Assembly (NCBI GenBank): GCA_031422435.1
Contig: JANPLU010000034.1
Coordinates: 1-40,733 of the forward strand
Length of the DNA: 40,733 nucleotides
Source of the DNA: Acaryochloridaceae cyanobacterium VAR_48_metabat_390
GTDB taxonomy: Bacteria; Cyanobacteriota; Cyanobacteriia; Thermosynechococcales; Thermosynechococcaceae
Reading direction: 5' to 3'
The notes under the pieces are model-generated. The model was not told the origin of the DNA. It worked only from the letters and a program-made list of their open reading frames with translations, and searched no databases. The position numbers were made by a program, and so were the translations under genes. Of this stretch, positions 9,882 to 18,925 are shown piece by piece. Positions within the stretch are counted from its first letter, which is position 1. Each line of letters begins with the position of its first letter.

Positions 9882-11060
9882 TTATTCAGGCTTAAAGACC
9901 AAGGCCGGATCCAGCGAAATCACCTTTTGAATGGCAAAGATAGCGGAACCAGAACACATTACCAGCGTGAGGCCAAAAACTGCCGCCCCGCTGGCAGGCG
10001 TAACCAAAATTTGAATCGCTTGGGTTTGTAGCGTCCATGCCCCCAGTATCATGCTCAGCCCCATTCCAGGGATATAGCCCAACAGCGCCATCCACAGCGC
10101 CTGCTCCAAGATAATGCGGTACAGAAAGGCTTTCGATGCGCCCATGGCCTTTAGCGTGGCATACTCGCTCAGGTGACGCACCACAGAGGTGTACAACACC
10201 TGGCTGACAATGACCGTCCCTACGGCGATCGCCACCACTGCCCCCATCCCTAAAATAAACGTCACGCCCGTATTGTTGAGCCAATAGGTTTGAGTGAGCT
10301 GCGAGAGTTCCGCTTGGGTGTAAACCAACGTTTCTGGTAAAGCTGCCCTGAGCCGTTGCCTGAGCTGCTCAATATTTTGGCCTGACTGCGCCCGTACCAG
10401 CACCGCCGTAATGTTGTCTGTGCCCACAAGCCTGAGCGGGTCGCCCGTAGGTTTTGCTATAGGCTGAGCATCCGCCTTTACAAAGGCCGCCCCATTCTTA
10501 AGGGAGGTCAACAAAAACGGATCGGACACCATCGAGCGTAGCCCAGACGTAACCCCCACAACTTTGACCTGCTGCCCTCCAATTTTTGCCGTGTCTCCAA
10601 TTTTTTCAATATTAAGAAATTTAAGGTCAGAACCGTTTAAAAAGGCAGTGTAGGGCTGCTGTAGGTCTTGAGTTTGACCTTTCAAAAGCTGACCAAGGGC
10701 AAAAAACTGAGAGTTTGTCTCAATGCCAATGACGGTTACAGGGGCGATCGGCTGGGTAGACTGCTGCCACACCACGCTCTGATAAATAAACCCCTCGGCA
10801 TGGCCTACCCCTGCAACCTTTTTGGCTTCAGTAAGTCGTTTGTACGGAATGGGGAGTGTGAGATCAAGCTGCTGAAGCTTAGAAGACACGATCCAGATGT
10901 TAGCTTTAGTGCGATCAATTATGATGCTGGTGGATCGGGTAAACCCAAAAAATAGGCCAATCTGCACCGTCACTAAGCTCACGGAGAAGACAATTCCAGC
11001 CTGAGCAATCACAAAGGGGATTAAGTCATGGAAAAGCGTTTTGCGGGCAATAGAAACCAT
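9882..11060 (-). CDS. ABC exporter permease, FtsX/MacB-like (DevC type)
   Basis: N-terminal TM, large periplasmic domain and three C-terminal TMs. EYATLKAMGA motif and C-terminal LDPALVF. Confidence 0.85.
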   Translation of the reverse strand: MVSIARKTLFHDLIPFVIAQAGIVFSVSLVTVQIGLFFGFTRSTSIIIDRTKANIWIVSSKLQQLDLTLPIPYKRLTEAKKVAGVGHAEGFIYQSVVWQQSTQPIAPVTVIGIETNSQFFALGQLLKGQTQDLQQPYTAFLNGSDLKFLNIEKIGDTAKIGGQQVKVVGVTSGLRSMVSDPFLLTSLKNGAAFVKADAQPIAKPTGDPLRLVGTDNITAVLVRAQSGQNIEQLRQRLRAALPETLVYTQAELSQLTQTYWLNNTGVTFILGMGAVVAIAVGTVIVSQVLYTSVVRHLSEYATLKAMGASKAFLYRIILEQALWMALLGYIPGMGLSMILGAWTLQTQAIQILVTPASGAAVFGLTLVMCSGSAIFAIQKVISLDPALVFKPE

Positions 11061-11344
11061 AAGTGCTGGAACATAGAAAACGGTAAAGCCTGCGGGGACG
11101 ATTTACGTTGGCTAACGACTATAAAAGGTATCGCTCGTCAGTCGTTCTATAGTCTACCTTCAAGGGAGAGGTGAGCAAAAATACAGCGGTTTGGTCAATA
11201 GGGCTTTGGTATGGTAGCCTGCTTACCAAAATTGCTGCATAACCTATCAAAGAGACTAGATACAGAGGATCATGGGTTTGAACTCATTTTATAGCTAAAA
11301 ATCTGTCCATTAAGTCTATAAAATTTAAATATATTTCTGATTAA

Positions 11345-12529
11345 ATGATAAGTCTCTTTCTTTTTTCTAGCTTAGTTTCTATTGCCTACTATCTGTATGC
11401 GACTTACGTCAGCATCTTTTGCTTTAGGCAGCCTCAGCAAGAAGAGACAGGCTATTATTGTCCCCCCGTTTCTATTCTCAAACCCCTTTGTGGGCTTGAT
11501 ATAGGTGCTTACGAAAAGCTTTCGTCCTTCTGTCAGCAGGTATACCCAACCTATCAAATTATTTTTGGCGTGCGGGATGCTGCTGATCCGGCGATCGCCA
11601 TTGTCAAGCGAATTATCAAGAATTTTCCGCATATTGATATTCAGCTTGTCGTAGACGACCGCATTATTGGCAACAACCTGAAGGTCAGCAATCTGGCCAA
11701 TATTGCTCCCTATGCTCGCTATGAGTTGCTGCTGATTTCTGACAGCGATATTAAGGTTGGCTCAGACTATTTACAGCGAATTGTGCAGCCGATGCAAAAT
11801 GACCAGGTTGGCTTAGTGACCTGTCTATATCGCTCTCAGGCAACCCACCTGATTGCCGCCTTTGAGGCACTGTCCATTTCGACAGATTTTCACCCCAGCG
11901 TTTTGGTGGCTCGGCAGTTGGGCTGGATGAAGTTTGCAATGGGTTCCAGTATTCTGATGCGGCGTAGGATCCTGAAAACGATGGGCGGCTTTACGGCGAT
12001 CGCCGATTATCTAGCAGATGACTTTATGCTGGGGAACCTCACGGCAAAGTTAGGGTTCCAGGTCACGCTATCAGACTATGTAGTAGACCATACCCTCGAA
12101 ACTTCAACCTTTATGGGTTTAGTCGAGCATCAAACGCGATGGAATCGCTGTACTCGCGCTTCTAATTTCTCAGGCTATCTGGGACTGTTTTTCTCCCACG
12201 GTGTGGCGTTGAGTCTGATAGTTGTGATTTTGACGCAAGGCGCAGTGGAGGGATGGGGAGTCTTTGGACTAATCTTAACAACTCGACTCTTGATGGCCTG
12301 GGCAGTTGGGGTCAGGTGCCTAAAAGATCCCATTGCCACAAAGCTGCTCTGGCTTGTGCCCCTGCGCGATCTCTTGAGCTTTGGGCTTTGGGTTTATGGA
12401 CTGATGGGCGATCGCATTGTCTGGAGAGGGAAAGAGTTCCGGCTTTTGCGAGGCGGCAAACTAGAGCAGCAATTTCAGAGTTCTAGCTCTATTATTGAGG
12501 TCGAGGTAGAGCCTTCTCAAGTGTCGTAA
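11345..12529 (+). CDS. hpnI: Hopanoid glycosyltransferase HpnI (GT21, ceramide glucosyltransferase-like)
   Basis: PPVSILKPLCG, N-x-KVSNL, ISDSD, LADDF, QTRW and WRG motifs. Confidence 0.85.
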   Translation: MISLFLFSSLVSIAYYLYATYVSIFCFRQPQQEETGYYCPPVSILKPLCGLDIGAYEKLSSFCQQVYPTYQIIFGVRDAADPAIAIVKRIIKNFPHIDIQLVVDDRIIGNNLKVSNLANIAPYARYELLLISDSDIKVGSDYLQRIVQPMQNDQVGLVTCLYRSQATHLIAAFEALSISTDFHPSVLVARQLGWMKFAMGSSILMRRRILKTMGGFTAIADYLADDFMLGNLTAKLGFQVTLSDYVVDHTLETSTFMGLVEHQTRWNRCTRASNFSGYLGLFFSHGVALSLIVVILTQGAVEGWGVFGLILTTRLLMAWAVGVRCLKDPIATKLLWLVPLRDLLSFGLWVYGLMGDRIVWRGKEFRLLRGGKLEQQFQSSSSIIEVEVEPSQVS

Positions 12530-12540
12530 GGTATAGAACT

Positions 12541-13299
12541 TTACACAGCTAAGAACTTCTGAATGACCGCATGACTAAGTTCACTGGTGGGGCCAGAGGC
12601 AACAATTCCCCCCTTTTGCATGGCGTAGTACCAGTCTGCCTGTCTTGCAAAGTGCAGATGCTGCTCTACTAAAAGCACCGAGATTCCTGTGGTTTTAATA
12701 ATGCGCCGCACGGCAGACTCAATTTCTAAAATAATCGAAGGCTGAATGCCCTCGGTTGGCTCGTCCAGCACCAGCAGCTTGGGTTTGCCCATAAGGGCAC
12801 GGGCGATCGCCAACTGCTGCTGCTGCCCTCCGCTCAGGTCGCCCCCCATCCGCGAGAGCATGGTCTTGAGGACAGGGAACAGCTCAAAAATTTCTTCAGG
12901 AATTTCTTGCTTGTTGCCTGAGCCGTTGGGCAAAGCCTCCATGCCCAGCAGTAAGTTTTCTTTGATCGTCAGACGAGGGATAACCTCTCGCCCCTGAGGG
13001 ACGTAGCCAATGCCCATTTTGGCGCGCTGGTAGGTGGGTTTACGGGTAATGTTTTCGCCCCTAAACTGAATAGTGCCAGAACGGGGGTTAAGCACCCCCA
13101 TAATGCTTTTGAGTAGCGTCGTTTTGCCCACGCCGTTGCGTCCAATTAGGCAAACCATTTTGCCAGAGGCAACGCCCATATCTACATTTCGTAAAATGTG
13201 GCTCTCTCCGTAGTAGACATTTAGGTTAGAAATATCCAGCATCGGCTGAGAGCCTGTATCAGGATACTGCGTGGCGACGGCTCCAGAGGCTTGACTCAT
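12541..13299 (-). CDS. urtE: Urea ABC transporter ATP-binding subunit UrtE
   Basis: GRNGVGKTT, LSGGQQQQLAIARAL and LDEPTEGIQPSII motifs. Last gene of the urt operon. Confidence 0.95.
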   Translation of the reverse strand: MSQASGAVATQYPDTGSQPMLDISNLNVYYGESHILRNVDMGVASGKMVCLIGRNGVGKTTLLKSIMGVLNPRSGTIQFRGENITRKPTYQRAKMGIGYVPQGREVIPRLTIKENLLLGMEALPNGSGNKQEIPEEIFELFPVLKTMLSRMGGDLSGGQQQQLAIARALMGKPKLLVLDEPTEGIQPSIILEIESAVRRIIKTTGISVLLVEQHLHFARQADWYYAMQKGGIVASGPTSELSHAVIQKFLAV

Positions 13300-13340
13300 A
13301 GCAATTTCCTACTTAATAAAGTTCCTAAAAAGCTTCTATA

Positions 13341-13498
13341 AGATCGTGAATTTAATAACTTAAAGAATTGGAGTAGAAGTTATACACCTTGTACGCCCTC
13401 ATCCCCTAGCCCCTTCTCCCTAGGGAGAAGGGGAACCAGATTTTGCTCCCTCTCCCCAGGGAGAGGGGTAAAAGTTGAGGTTATTTAATCCATCATCC
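13341..13498. mobile_element. 158-bp MITE-like element with imperfect 21-bp terminal inverted repeats, TA flanks and internal palindromes
   Basis: Left end AGATCGTGAATTTAATAACTT matches the reverse-complemented right end GGATGATGGATTAAATAACCT at 15/21. TA lies at 13339-13340 and 13499-13500. Internal perfect palindrome CCCCTTCTCCCTAGGGAGAAGGGG (13410-13433) and CCCTCTCCC-ca-GGGAGAGGG (13448-13467). A second copy is at 1-76. Confidence 0.7.
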
Positions 13499-14256
13499 TA
13501 TTCAACATGTTCAGTTTCTTCGGTGCCCAGATACACCTCAATCACCTTCGGGTCGTTCTGGATTTCGTCCATGGTGCCCTCACATAGCACCGTACCCTGA
13601 TGCAGCACCGTCACTTTACGGGCAATCTGGCGCACAAACTCCATGTCGTGCTCAATCACCATAATGGAGTGGTTTTCGGCGAGGGCTAAGAGCAGGCTCC
13701 CCACGTTTTCGGTTTCTTCATCCGTTAGGCCAGCGACGGGTTCGTCTACCAGCAGCAGGTCAGGCGACTGCGCCACTAGCATTCCAATCTCTAGGCGCTG
13801 TTTTTCGCCGTGAGACAAAAGCTCTGCCCGAATATCAGCTTTGGGTACTAACCCAATGGTTTCTAGTAGTCCCCCAATGGTGCGACGTTCACCCGCAGCG
13901 GGTCGTCCCAGTAAAGAGGCAAACACGTTTTTGCTGGCGGCACAGGACAGTTCCAGGTTCTCGCGCGGGGTGAGCTTTTGGTACACGCGCGGGGTCTGGA
14001 ATTTTCGACCAATCCCCATTCGCGCAATTTGATGCTCTGCATACGGTCTCAGGTTTTTACCTTTGAAGGTGACTTGCCCTGTTGTGGGCTTTGTTTTACC
14101 CGTAATCACGTCCATAAACGTGGTTTTGCCTGCGCCATTGGGACCAATCACCACCCGTAGCTCTCCGGCATTCATGCTGAAGTTGAGGTTGTTGATGGCC
14201 TTAAATCCGTCAAAGCTGACGGTTAAATTCTCAATTTCTAGGATTTTTTCGCTCAT
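13498..14256 (-). CDS. urtD: Urea ABC transporter ATP-binding subunit UrtD
   Basis: VSFDGFKA, GPNGAGKTT, IGRKFQTP and LSHGEKQRLEIGM motifs. Confidence 0.95.
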   Translation of the reverse strand: MSEKILEIENLTVSFDGFKAINNLNFSMNAGELRVVIGPNGAGKTTFMDVITGKTKPTTGQVTFKGKNLRPYAEHQIARMGIGRKFQTPRVYQKLTPRENLELSCAASKNVFASLLGRPAAGERRTIGGLLETIGLVPKADIRAELLSHGEKQRLEIGMLVAQSPDLLLVDEPVAGLTDEETENVGSLLLALAENHSIMVIEHDMEFVRQIARKVTVLHQGTVLCEGTMDEIQNDPKVIEVYLGTEETEHVE

Positions 14257-15418
14257 GCTGCACTTCTAAATCTTCTTCAAGACTGGGGTAGGTAGAGAGT
14301 TTGGGAGGTAAACCAAGGCGCGATCGCAGCCACAGCACGTTCTCGGCACTCAATAAGCCCAAGAACCCGCTCGGCAATACAGTAACGACTAGCAAAAAGA
14401 GTGCCCCCTGAAAAAATAGCCAGAATTCTGGATACTGCTCACTCAGCAGTGTTTTGGCAAAGTTAACAATCAGCGCACCAAGCGCAGCGCCCACTAGCGT
14501 TGCCCGACCGCCCACCGCCACCCAAATCACCATTTCAATGGAGAAGGCAATATCCATCGACTTGGGCGTAATAATGCCGGACTGCACGGTATAGAGCGCC
14601 CCAGCAATGCCTGCCAAACCTGCCGACACGGCAAAAACAAACACCTTATACCAGGTGGGGTCGTAGCCTGAAAACCGGACGCGCGGCTCATCATCCCGAA
14701 TGGCGACCAGCAGTCTTCCCAATCGCCCGCTCGTGAGCCAGCGGCAAAAGGCATAGCCCAGCGCCAGAAACACGACGCTTAAGACAAAAAAGACGGTCTG
14801 GTTTCTGGGGTCACTGACCAACGCCCCAAAAAATTGTGCGGTATCGGTCTTAAGGCCGTTGGTGCCGTTAATTAGCTTTTGCTGACCATTGAAGAAGTTG
14901 AAGAATACAATCAATGCCGCCTGGGTCAAAATCGAGAAGTACACCCCTCGGATGCGGTTGCGGAACACCAGATAGCCCAAGATTGCCGCGACAACGGTTG
15001 GAATGATAAAGATCGCCGCGACGGTAAACGGCAGCGAATAAAAGGGCTGCCAGAACAAAGGCAGTTCCGTCACGCCGTAAAGGTTAAAAAAATCAGGGAT
15101 TTGCCCTGATGGAAGCTGTAGCTGAAGGTGCATCGCAAGGGCGTAGCCGCCCAGTGCAAAAAAGATGCCGTGGCCTAAGCTCAGCATTCCGGTGTAGCCC
15201 CAGATCAGGTCGATACCAAGGGCGGCGATCGCCAGTGCTACAAAGCGCCCCAACTGGTTAACGCGAGAGCCTTGCCCCATCAAATTGAGTAAGGCCGGAG
15301 CCAGAAAAATAAAGGCGAGGGCTAGGGCTGCCACCGTCATAATTTCGGGTAGCAGAGACTTGCGCCTGCGTGGCGTTATATCTGGCTGAACTTGTGATTT
15401 GGTTTCGATCGCAGTCAT
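14231..15418 (-). CDS. urtC: Urea ABC transporter permease UrtC
   Basis: DLIWGYTGMLSLGHG, GVYFSILTQA and IWVAVGGRATL motifs. Overlaps the urtD start by 26 nt. Confidence 0.95.
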   Translation of the reverse strand: MTAIETKSQVQPDITPRRRKSLLPEIMTVAALALAFIFLAPALLNLMGQGSRVNQLGRFVALAIAALGIDLIWGYTGMLSLGHGIFFALGGYALAMHLQLQLPSGQIPDFFNLYGVTELPLFWQPFYSLPFTVAAIFIIPTVVAAILGYLVFRNRIRGVYFSILTQAALIVFFNFFNGQQKLINGTNGLKTDTAQFFGALVSDPRNQTVFFVLSVVFLALGYAFCRWLTSGRLGRLLVAIRDDEPRVRFSGYDPTWYKVFVFAVSAGLAGIAGALYTVQSGIITPKSMDIAFSIEMVIWVAVGGRATLVGAALGALIVNFAKTLLSEQYPEFWLFFQGALFLLVVTVLPSGFLGLLSAENVLWLRSRLGLPPKLSTYPSLEEDLEVQHERKNPRN

Positions 15419-15427
15419 GGGTATCTT

Positions 15428-16588
15428 CTAAGCCTCCACCGTGCGACCCTTTTGGGGAAATAACCCCGCAGGTCGAAACTGTAAAAACACAACAATGAGC
15501 GCAAACACCACCACTTTTGCCATGCTTGCTGTTGCAAAAAACTCGACTACCGAAGTCATAAAGGGACTGCCCAAAAATAGCGACCCAAAGGCATTAGAAC
15601 CAATTACATAGCTCAGGATGCCGATGGCACCCGCCGCCATAATGCTGCCCACCAGTTTGCCAACCCCGCCAATCACTACCACCATAAAGGTATCGACAAT
15701 GTAGGCTTGGCCTGTATTGGAGCTAACCGAACCCAGCAGCGCCACCGCCACGCCAGCCACCCCAGCAAGCCCAGAGCCGATCGCAAAGGTAATGGCATCT
15801 ACCTTTTGGGTAGGGATACCCAAGCAGGCGCTCATGCCTCGGTTTTGAGTAACCGAGCGGATGCGCAGACCCCAGACCGTTTTATTGAGGAACCAGTAAA
15901 TGCCCAATAAGCAAATAATGGTCAGCGCAATGATAAACAAACGGGTATAAGGGAGGGTGGAGGTGCCTAGCGATAGACCGCCCCGCAACCATTTAGGAGC
16001 CGTTACGTCAACCCCCTGAGTGCCAAACCAAGGCTTTGTGACGGCGAGCTTGAAGGCATCGCCCGTAACTTTAGACGCGAAGAAGGCGATTGCCGCCGAG
16101 AGTGGCAGCAATAGACTAATCGCCCAGAACTGAATGCGCTCATAGTCGGCACGGCGGGAAATGATGGCGATCGCGCCAAAAAATAGGGCGCAAAATAGCC
16201 CCACCCCAATCACAAACTGACCGCTCACGCTGCGGATAAACTGCTGCAAAATTAAGCTTACGCCCCAAGTTGCCAGTAAAGTTTCTAGTGGCCTGCCGTA
16301 GAGAAAGCGAATAACCGTGCGCTCTAGCAAGACCCCCACTAGGGCAGTCACAATAAATGCCGCGATCAGCGCAAACAGAATGTAAAAGTCAGACCAAGGT
16401 GAACCCAAGCCCTTGAAGACGTTTTGAACCACAAACGTAGTGTAGGCACCCAACATAATCAGCTCACCGTGAGCCATGTTAATCACGCCCATTAGCCCAA
16501 ACACAATGGCTAATCCTAAGGCTGCTAGTAGTAAAACGGCACCAATACTAATGCCGTTAAACAGACCCTCCAGCAAATTTGCCAGCAA
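15428..16588 (-). CDS. urtB: Urea ABC transporter permease UrtB (TTG start)
   Basis: GLMGVINMAHGE, RPLETLLATWG and FRPAGLFPQKGR motifs. The TTG start is preceded by GGAGAAGG. Confidence 0.95.
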   Translation of the reverse strand: MLANLLEGLFNGISIGAVLLLAALGLAIVFGLMGVINMAHGELIMLGAYTTFVVQNVFKGLGSPWSDFYILFALIAAFIVTALVGVLLERTVIRFLYGRPLETLLATWGVSLILQQFIRSVSGQFVIGVGLFCALFFGAIAIISRRADYERIQFWAISLLLPLSAAIAFFASKVTGDAFKLAVTKPWFGTQGVDVTAPKWLRGGLSLGTSTLPYTRLFIIALTIICLLGIYWFLNKTVWGLRIRSVTQNRGMSACLGIPTQKVDAITFAIGSGLAGVAGVAVALLGSVSSNTGQAYIVDTFMVVVIGGVGKLVGSIMAAGAIGILSYVIGSNAFGSLFLGSPFMTSVVEFFATASMAKVVVFALIVVFLQFRPAGLFPQKGRTVEA

Positions 16589-16633
16589 TTGCCTTCTCCC
16601 TTATTTGGTCAGCACAATATAATCCAATGATTC

Positions 16634-16672
16634 TGAATCTTGAGCCACAAAAAAGCTGTAGCCCAAGATTCA
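16634..16672 (-). terminator. Intercistronic stem-loop between urtA and urtB (mRNA stabiliser or partial terminator)
   Basis: Minus-strand RNA UGAAUCUUGGGCUACAG-cuuuu-UUGUGGCUCAAGAUUCA forms a 17-bp stem including G-U pairs. Confidence 0.65.
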
Positions 16673-16685
16673 AAATAGAATTTAT

Positions 16686-17996
16686 CTATGAGATTTTGTA
16701 CTTGCCGCCCTTCTTAGGATCTGACCAGTCGCAGCCAAAACCCTTGGTATCTGTCACAAATTGGTTCCAAGGCAGAGGCTTAACAGCGGCCTTAGATTCA
16801 TAGGCAATCTTAAAGAGTCCATCCTCGCCCACTTCCCCAATCCGCACAAATTTGGAAAGGTGATGGCTGTTTTCCATGGTGATTTTGCCCTGAGGTGCCT
16901 CAAAGGTTTGACCCAAAGCCGCCGCGCGAACCTTGTCTAGGTCATCAGCCGTTTTAGCCTTTTCTACCGACTGTTTCCAGAGATAGACCGCATTGTAGGC
17001 GCACTCCATCGGGTCATTGACGACGCGCTCTGCCCCGTACTTTTTCTTAAAGGCCTCGACAAACTTGACGCTGGCTGGGGTTGTGACGGTTTGGAAATAG
17101 TTCCAAGCCGCAAAATGCCCCTTGAGGTATTCCACCCCAATCGCCTTTACTTCTTCTTCGGCAATACTTACAGACATGGAAGGATACTTGTCTGGCCCCA
17201 TCCCTGCACCCTGAAGCTGCTTAAAGAACGCCACGTTGCTGTCGCCATTGAGGGAGTTGTAAATCACCCCACCATCGGGCATTGCAGCTTTGAGCTTAGA
17301 AATGATGGCAGTTACTTCCGTACCGCCCAGGGGAATGTAGTCTTCACCCACAACCTTGCCGCCTTTTGCCGCCAACTGCGCTTTGATAATGGTGTTGGCA
17401 GTACGAGGGAACACATAGTCTGAACCAATCAAGAAGAAAGGCTTGCCTTTATATTTTTCGAGCAGCCAATCGACGGAAGGCTCAATTTGCTGGTTGGGTG
17501 CAGCTCCGGTATAGAACACGTTTTTAGAGCATTCTTGACCTTCATACTGAACGGGGTACCAGAGCATATGGTTTTTCGACTCAAAGACGGGCAGCACGGC
17601 TTTGCGGCTTGCCGAAGTCCAGCAGCCAAAGACCGTGACGACCTTATCTTGGTCGATCAATTTTTTGGCTTTTTCGGCAAAGGTCGGCCAATCAGAGTTG
17701 CCGTCTTCTTTAACTGCCACAATCTGCTTGCCTAAGACACCCCCTGCGGCATTAATTTCTGCGATCGCCATTTCTTCAGCATCAACCACACTCTTTTCAC
17801 TGATCGCCATAGTGCCGCTCAGAGAGTGTAAAATCCCTACTTTGATGCCGTCACCAGCAGCAACGGGAGAAGCGGAAGCACTGGGTGAACTCGCTGAATC
17901 GTCGCTGGGTGAACCACCACAAGATTTAATGAGAAGGCTTCCTGCCACGGCGGAACCCATGAGCAAAAAGTCGCGTCTTTTGAAAGGTCGAGTCAT
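16686..17996 (-). CDS. urtA: Urea ABC transporter substrate-binding protein UrtA (probable Tat lipoprotein)
   Basis: GILHSLSGTMAISE, FGCWTSASRKAV and YPVQYEGQE motifs. KRRDFL twin-arginine signal with a Cys after the hydrophobic stretch. ATG at 17996 has a GAGGAG RBS and is preferred over the track's TTG at 18023. Confidence 0.96.
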   Translation of the reverse strand: MTRPFKRRDFLLMGSAVAGSLLIKSCGGSPSDDSASSPSASASPVAAGDGIKVGILHSLSGTMAISEKSVVDAEEMAIAEINAAGGVLGKQIVAVKEDGNSDWPTFAEKAKKLIDQDKVVTVFGCWTSASRKAVLPVFESKNHMLWYPVQYEGQECSKNVFYTGAAPNQQIEPSVDWLLEKYKGKPFFLIGSDYVFPRTANTIIKAQLAAKGGKVVGEDYIPLGGTEVTAIISKLKAAMPDGGVIYNSLNGDSNVAFFKQLQGAGMGPDKYPSMSVSIAEEEVKAIGVEYLKGHFAAWNYFQTVTTPASVKFVEAFKKKYGAERVVNDPMECAYNAVYLWKQSVEKAKTADDLDKVRAAALGQTFEAPQGKITMENSHHLSKFVRIGEVGEDGLFKIAYESKAAVKPLPWNQFVTDTKGFGCDWSDPKKGGKYKIS

Positions 17997-18080
17997 CTGA
18001 ATGCACTCCTCGGATAAGTTCAAGAAAAGTTTGTTAAAAACATTCGTAGGATTGAGAGGTGTCCCCGCTACACCGGAGCG

Positions 18081-18124
18081 ATCTTACGGACTTATTCTGG
18101 GATATAAATGTAAAACTCGATACA
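18081..18124 (-). promoter_or_regulatory. NtcA-activated promoter of urtABCDE
   Basis: TGTA-aaactcga-TACA (GTA-N8-TAC, 18110-18123). On the minus strand a TAAGAT -10 box (18086-18081) lies 23 nt downstream. Confidence 0.85.
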
Positions 18125-18199
18125 AAATCAGAGCAAGTCTTAACCTTGCAATAAAACGTTTTTATTTTTGAGGGGCGGATTCCAGAGACGCACCAAGGG

Positions 18200-18808
18200 C
18201 TACTGTTGCTCAACGGGTAAATACTGAACCACAAACGCCACAACCTCATTTAGTCCGTCTTGATGTTTGAGGTTGGTAAACACAAACGGCTTGATGCCAC
18301 GCTGTGTCTGCGTATCTCGACTCATAATGTCCAAGTCAGCTCCGACGTAAGGTGCAAGATCGATTTTGTTGATAACCAGCAGATCTGACTTGGTGATGCC
18401 AGGACCACCCTTGCGCGGAATTTTGTCGCCCCCTGCCACGTCAATTACATAGATGGTGACATCAACCAGCTCAGGGCTAAAGGTTGCAGCTAAGTTATCG
18501 CCGCCGCTTTCGACGAACACAATGTCCAGAGTAGGAAAGCGCATTTCTAAGGTTTCGATTGCCGCCACATTAATAGACGCATCTTCACGGATGGCAGTAT
18601 GGGGGCACCCGCCCGTCTCAACGCCAACGATCCGCTCAATGGGCAAGGCCTGCGATCGCACCAAAAACTGAGCATCTTCTTGGGTATAAATATCATTGGT
18701 GACAACGGCAATTTCGTAGCGATCGCGCAGGGTTTTACAGAGCGCATCTACTAAAGCCGTTTTGCCGGAACCCACAGGACCCGCGACCCCAACTCTGAGC
18801 GGACTCAT
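18200..18808 (-). CDS. ureG: Urease accessory GTPase UreG
   Basis: [28 protein letters not shown] and [10 protein letters not shown] motifs. Confidence 0.97.
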   Translation of the reverse strand: MSPLRVGVAGPVGSGKTALVDALCKTLRDRYEIAVVTNDIYTQEDAQFLVRSQALPIERIVGVETGGCPHTAIREDASINVAAIETLEMRFPTLDIVFVESGGDNLAATFSPELVDVTIYVIDVAGGDKIPRKGGPGITKSDLLVINKIDLAPYVGADLDIMSRDTQTQRGIKPFVFTNLKHQDGLNEVVAFVVQYLPVEQQ

Positions 18809-18925
18809 AGGATTATCTCAATACGGGGCAATACGGAACAACTGTCTTCGCACATCAGTCCACTCTGTACTATCGTAAGTCCTGATAGGTCTAGTCTAGA
18901 ACCTTGAGTTAGTGAGGCGTGTCTA

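Noticed and set aside
11150..11262. TCTACC-N5-GGGAGA and CCTATC...TAGA loose palindromes between the permease and hpnI, with look-alikes near 20475 and 23498
   Set aside because: Spacing is inconsistent between instances and the match is too degenerate to call a shared motif by eye.
18024..18249. 71-aa minus-strand ORF between ureG and urtA
   Set aside because: It overlaps the ureG 3' end and runs through the NtcA promoter, with no protein-like features.
223..18747. Many short ORFs overlapping the PhoX-like gene, der, the kinase, hpnK, the permease, the urt genes and ureG (for example 2672-3079, 9892-10284, 17602-18000)
   Set aside because: They are wholly or mostly nested in well-supported genes on another frame or strand and show no family motifs.
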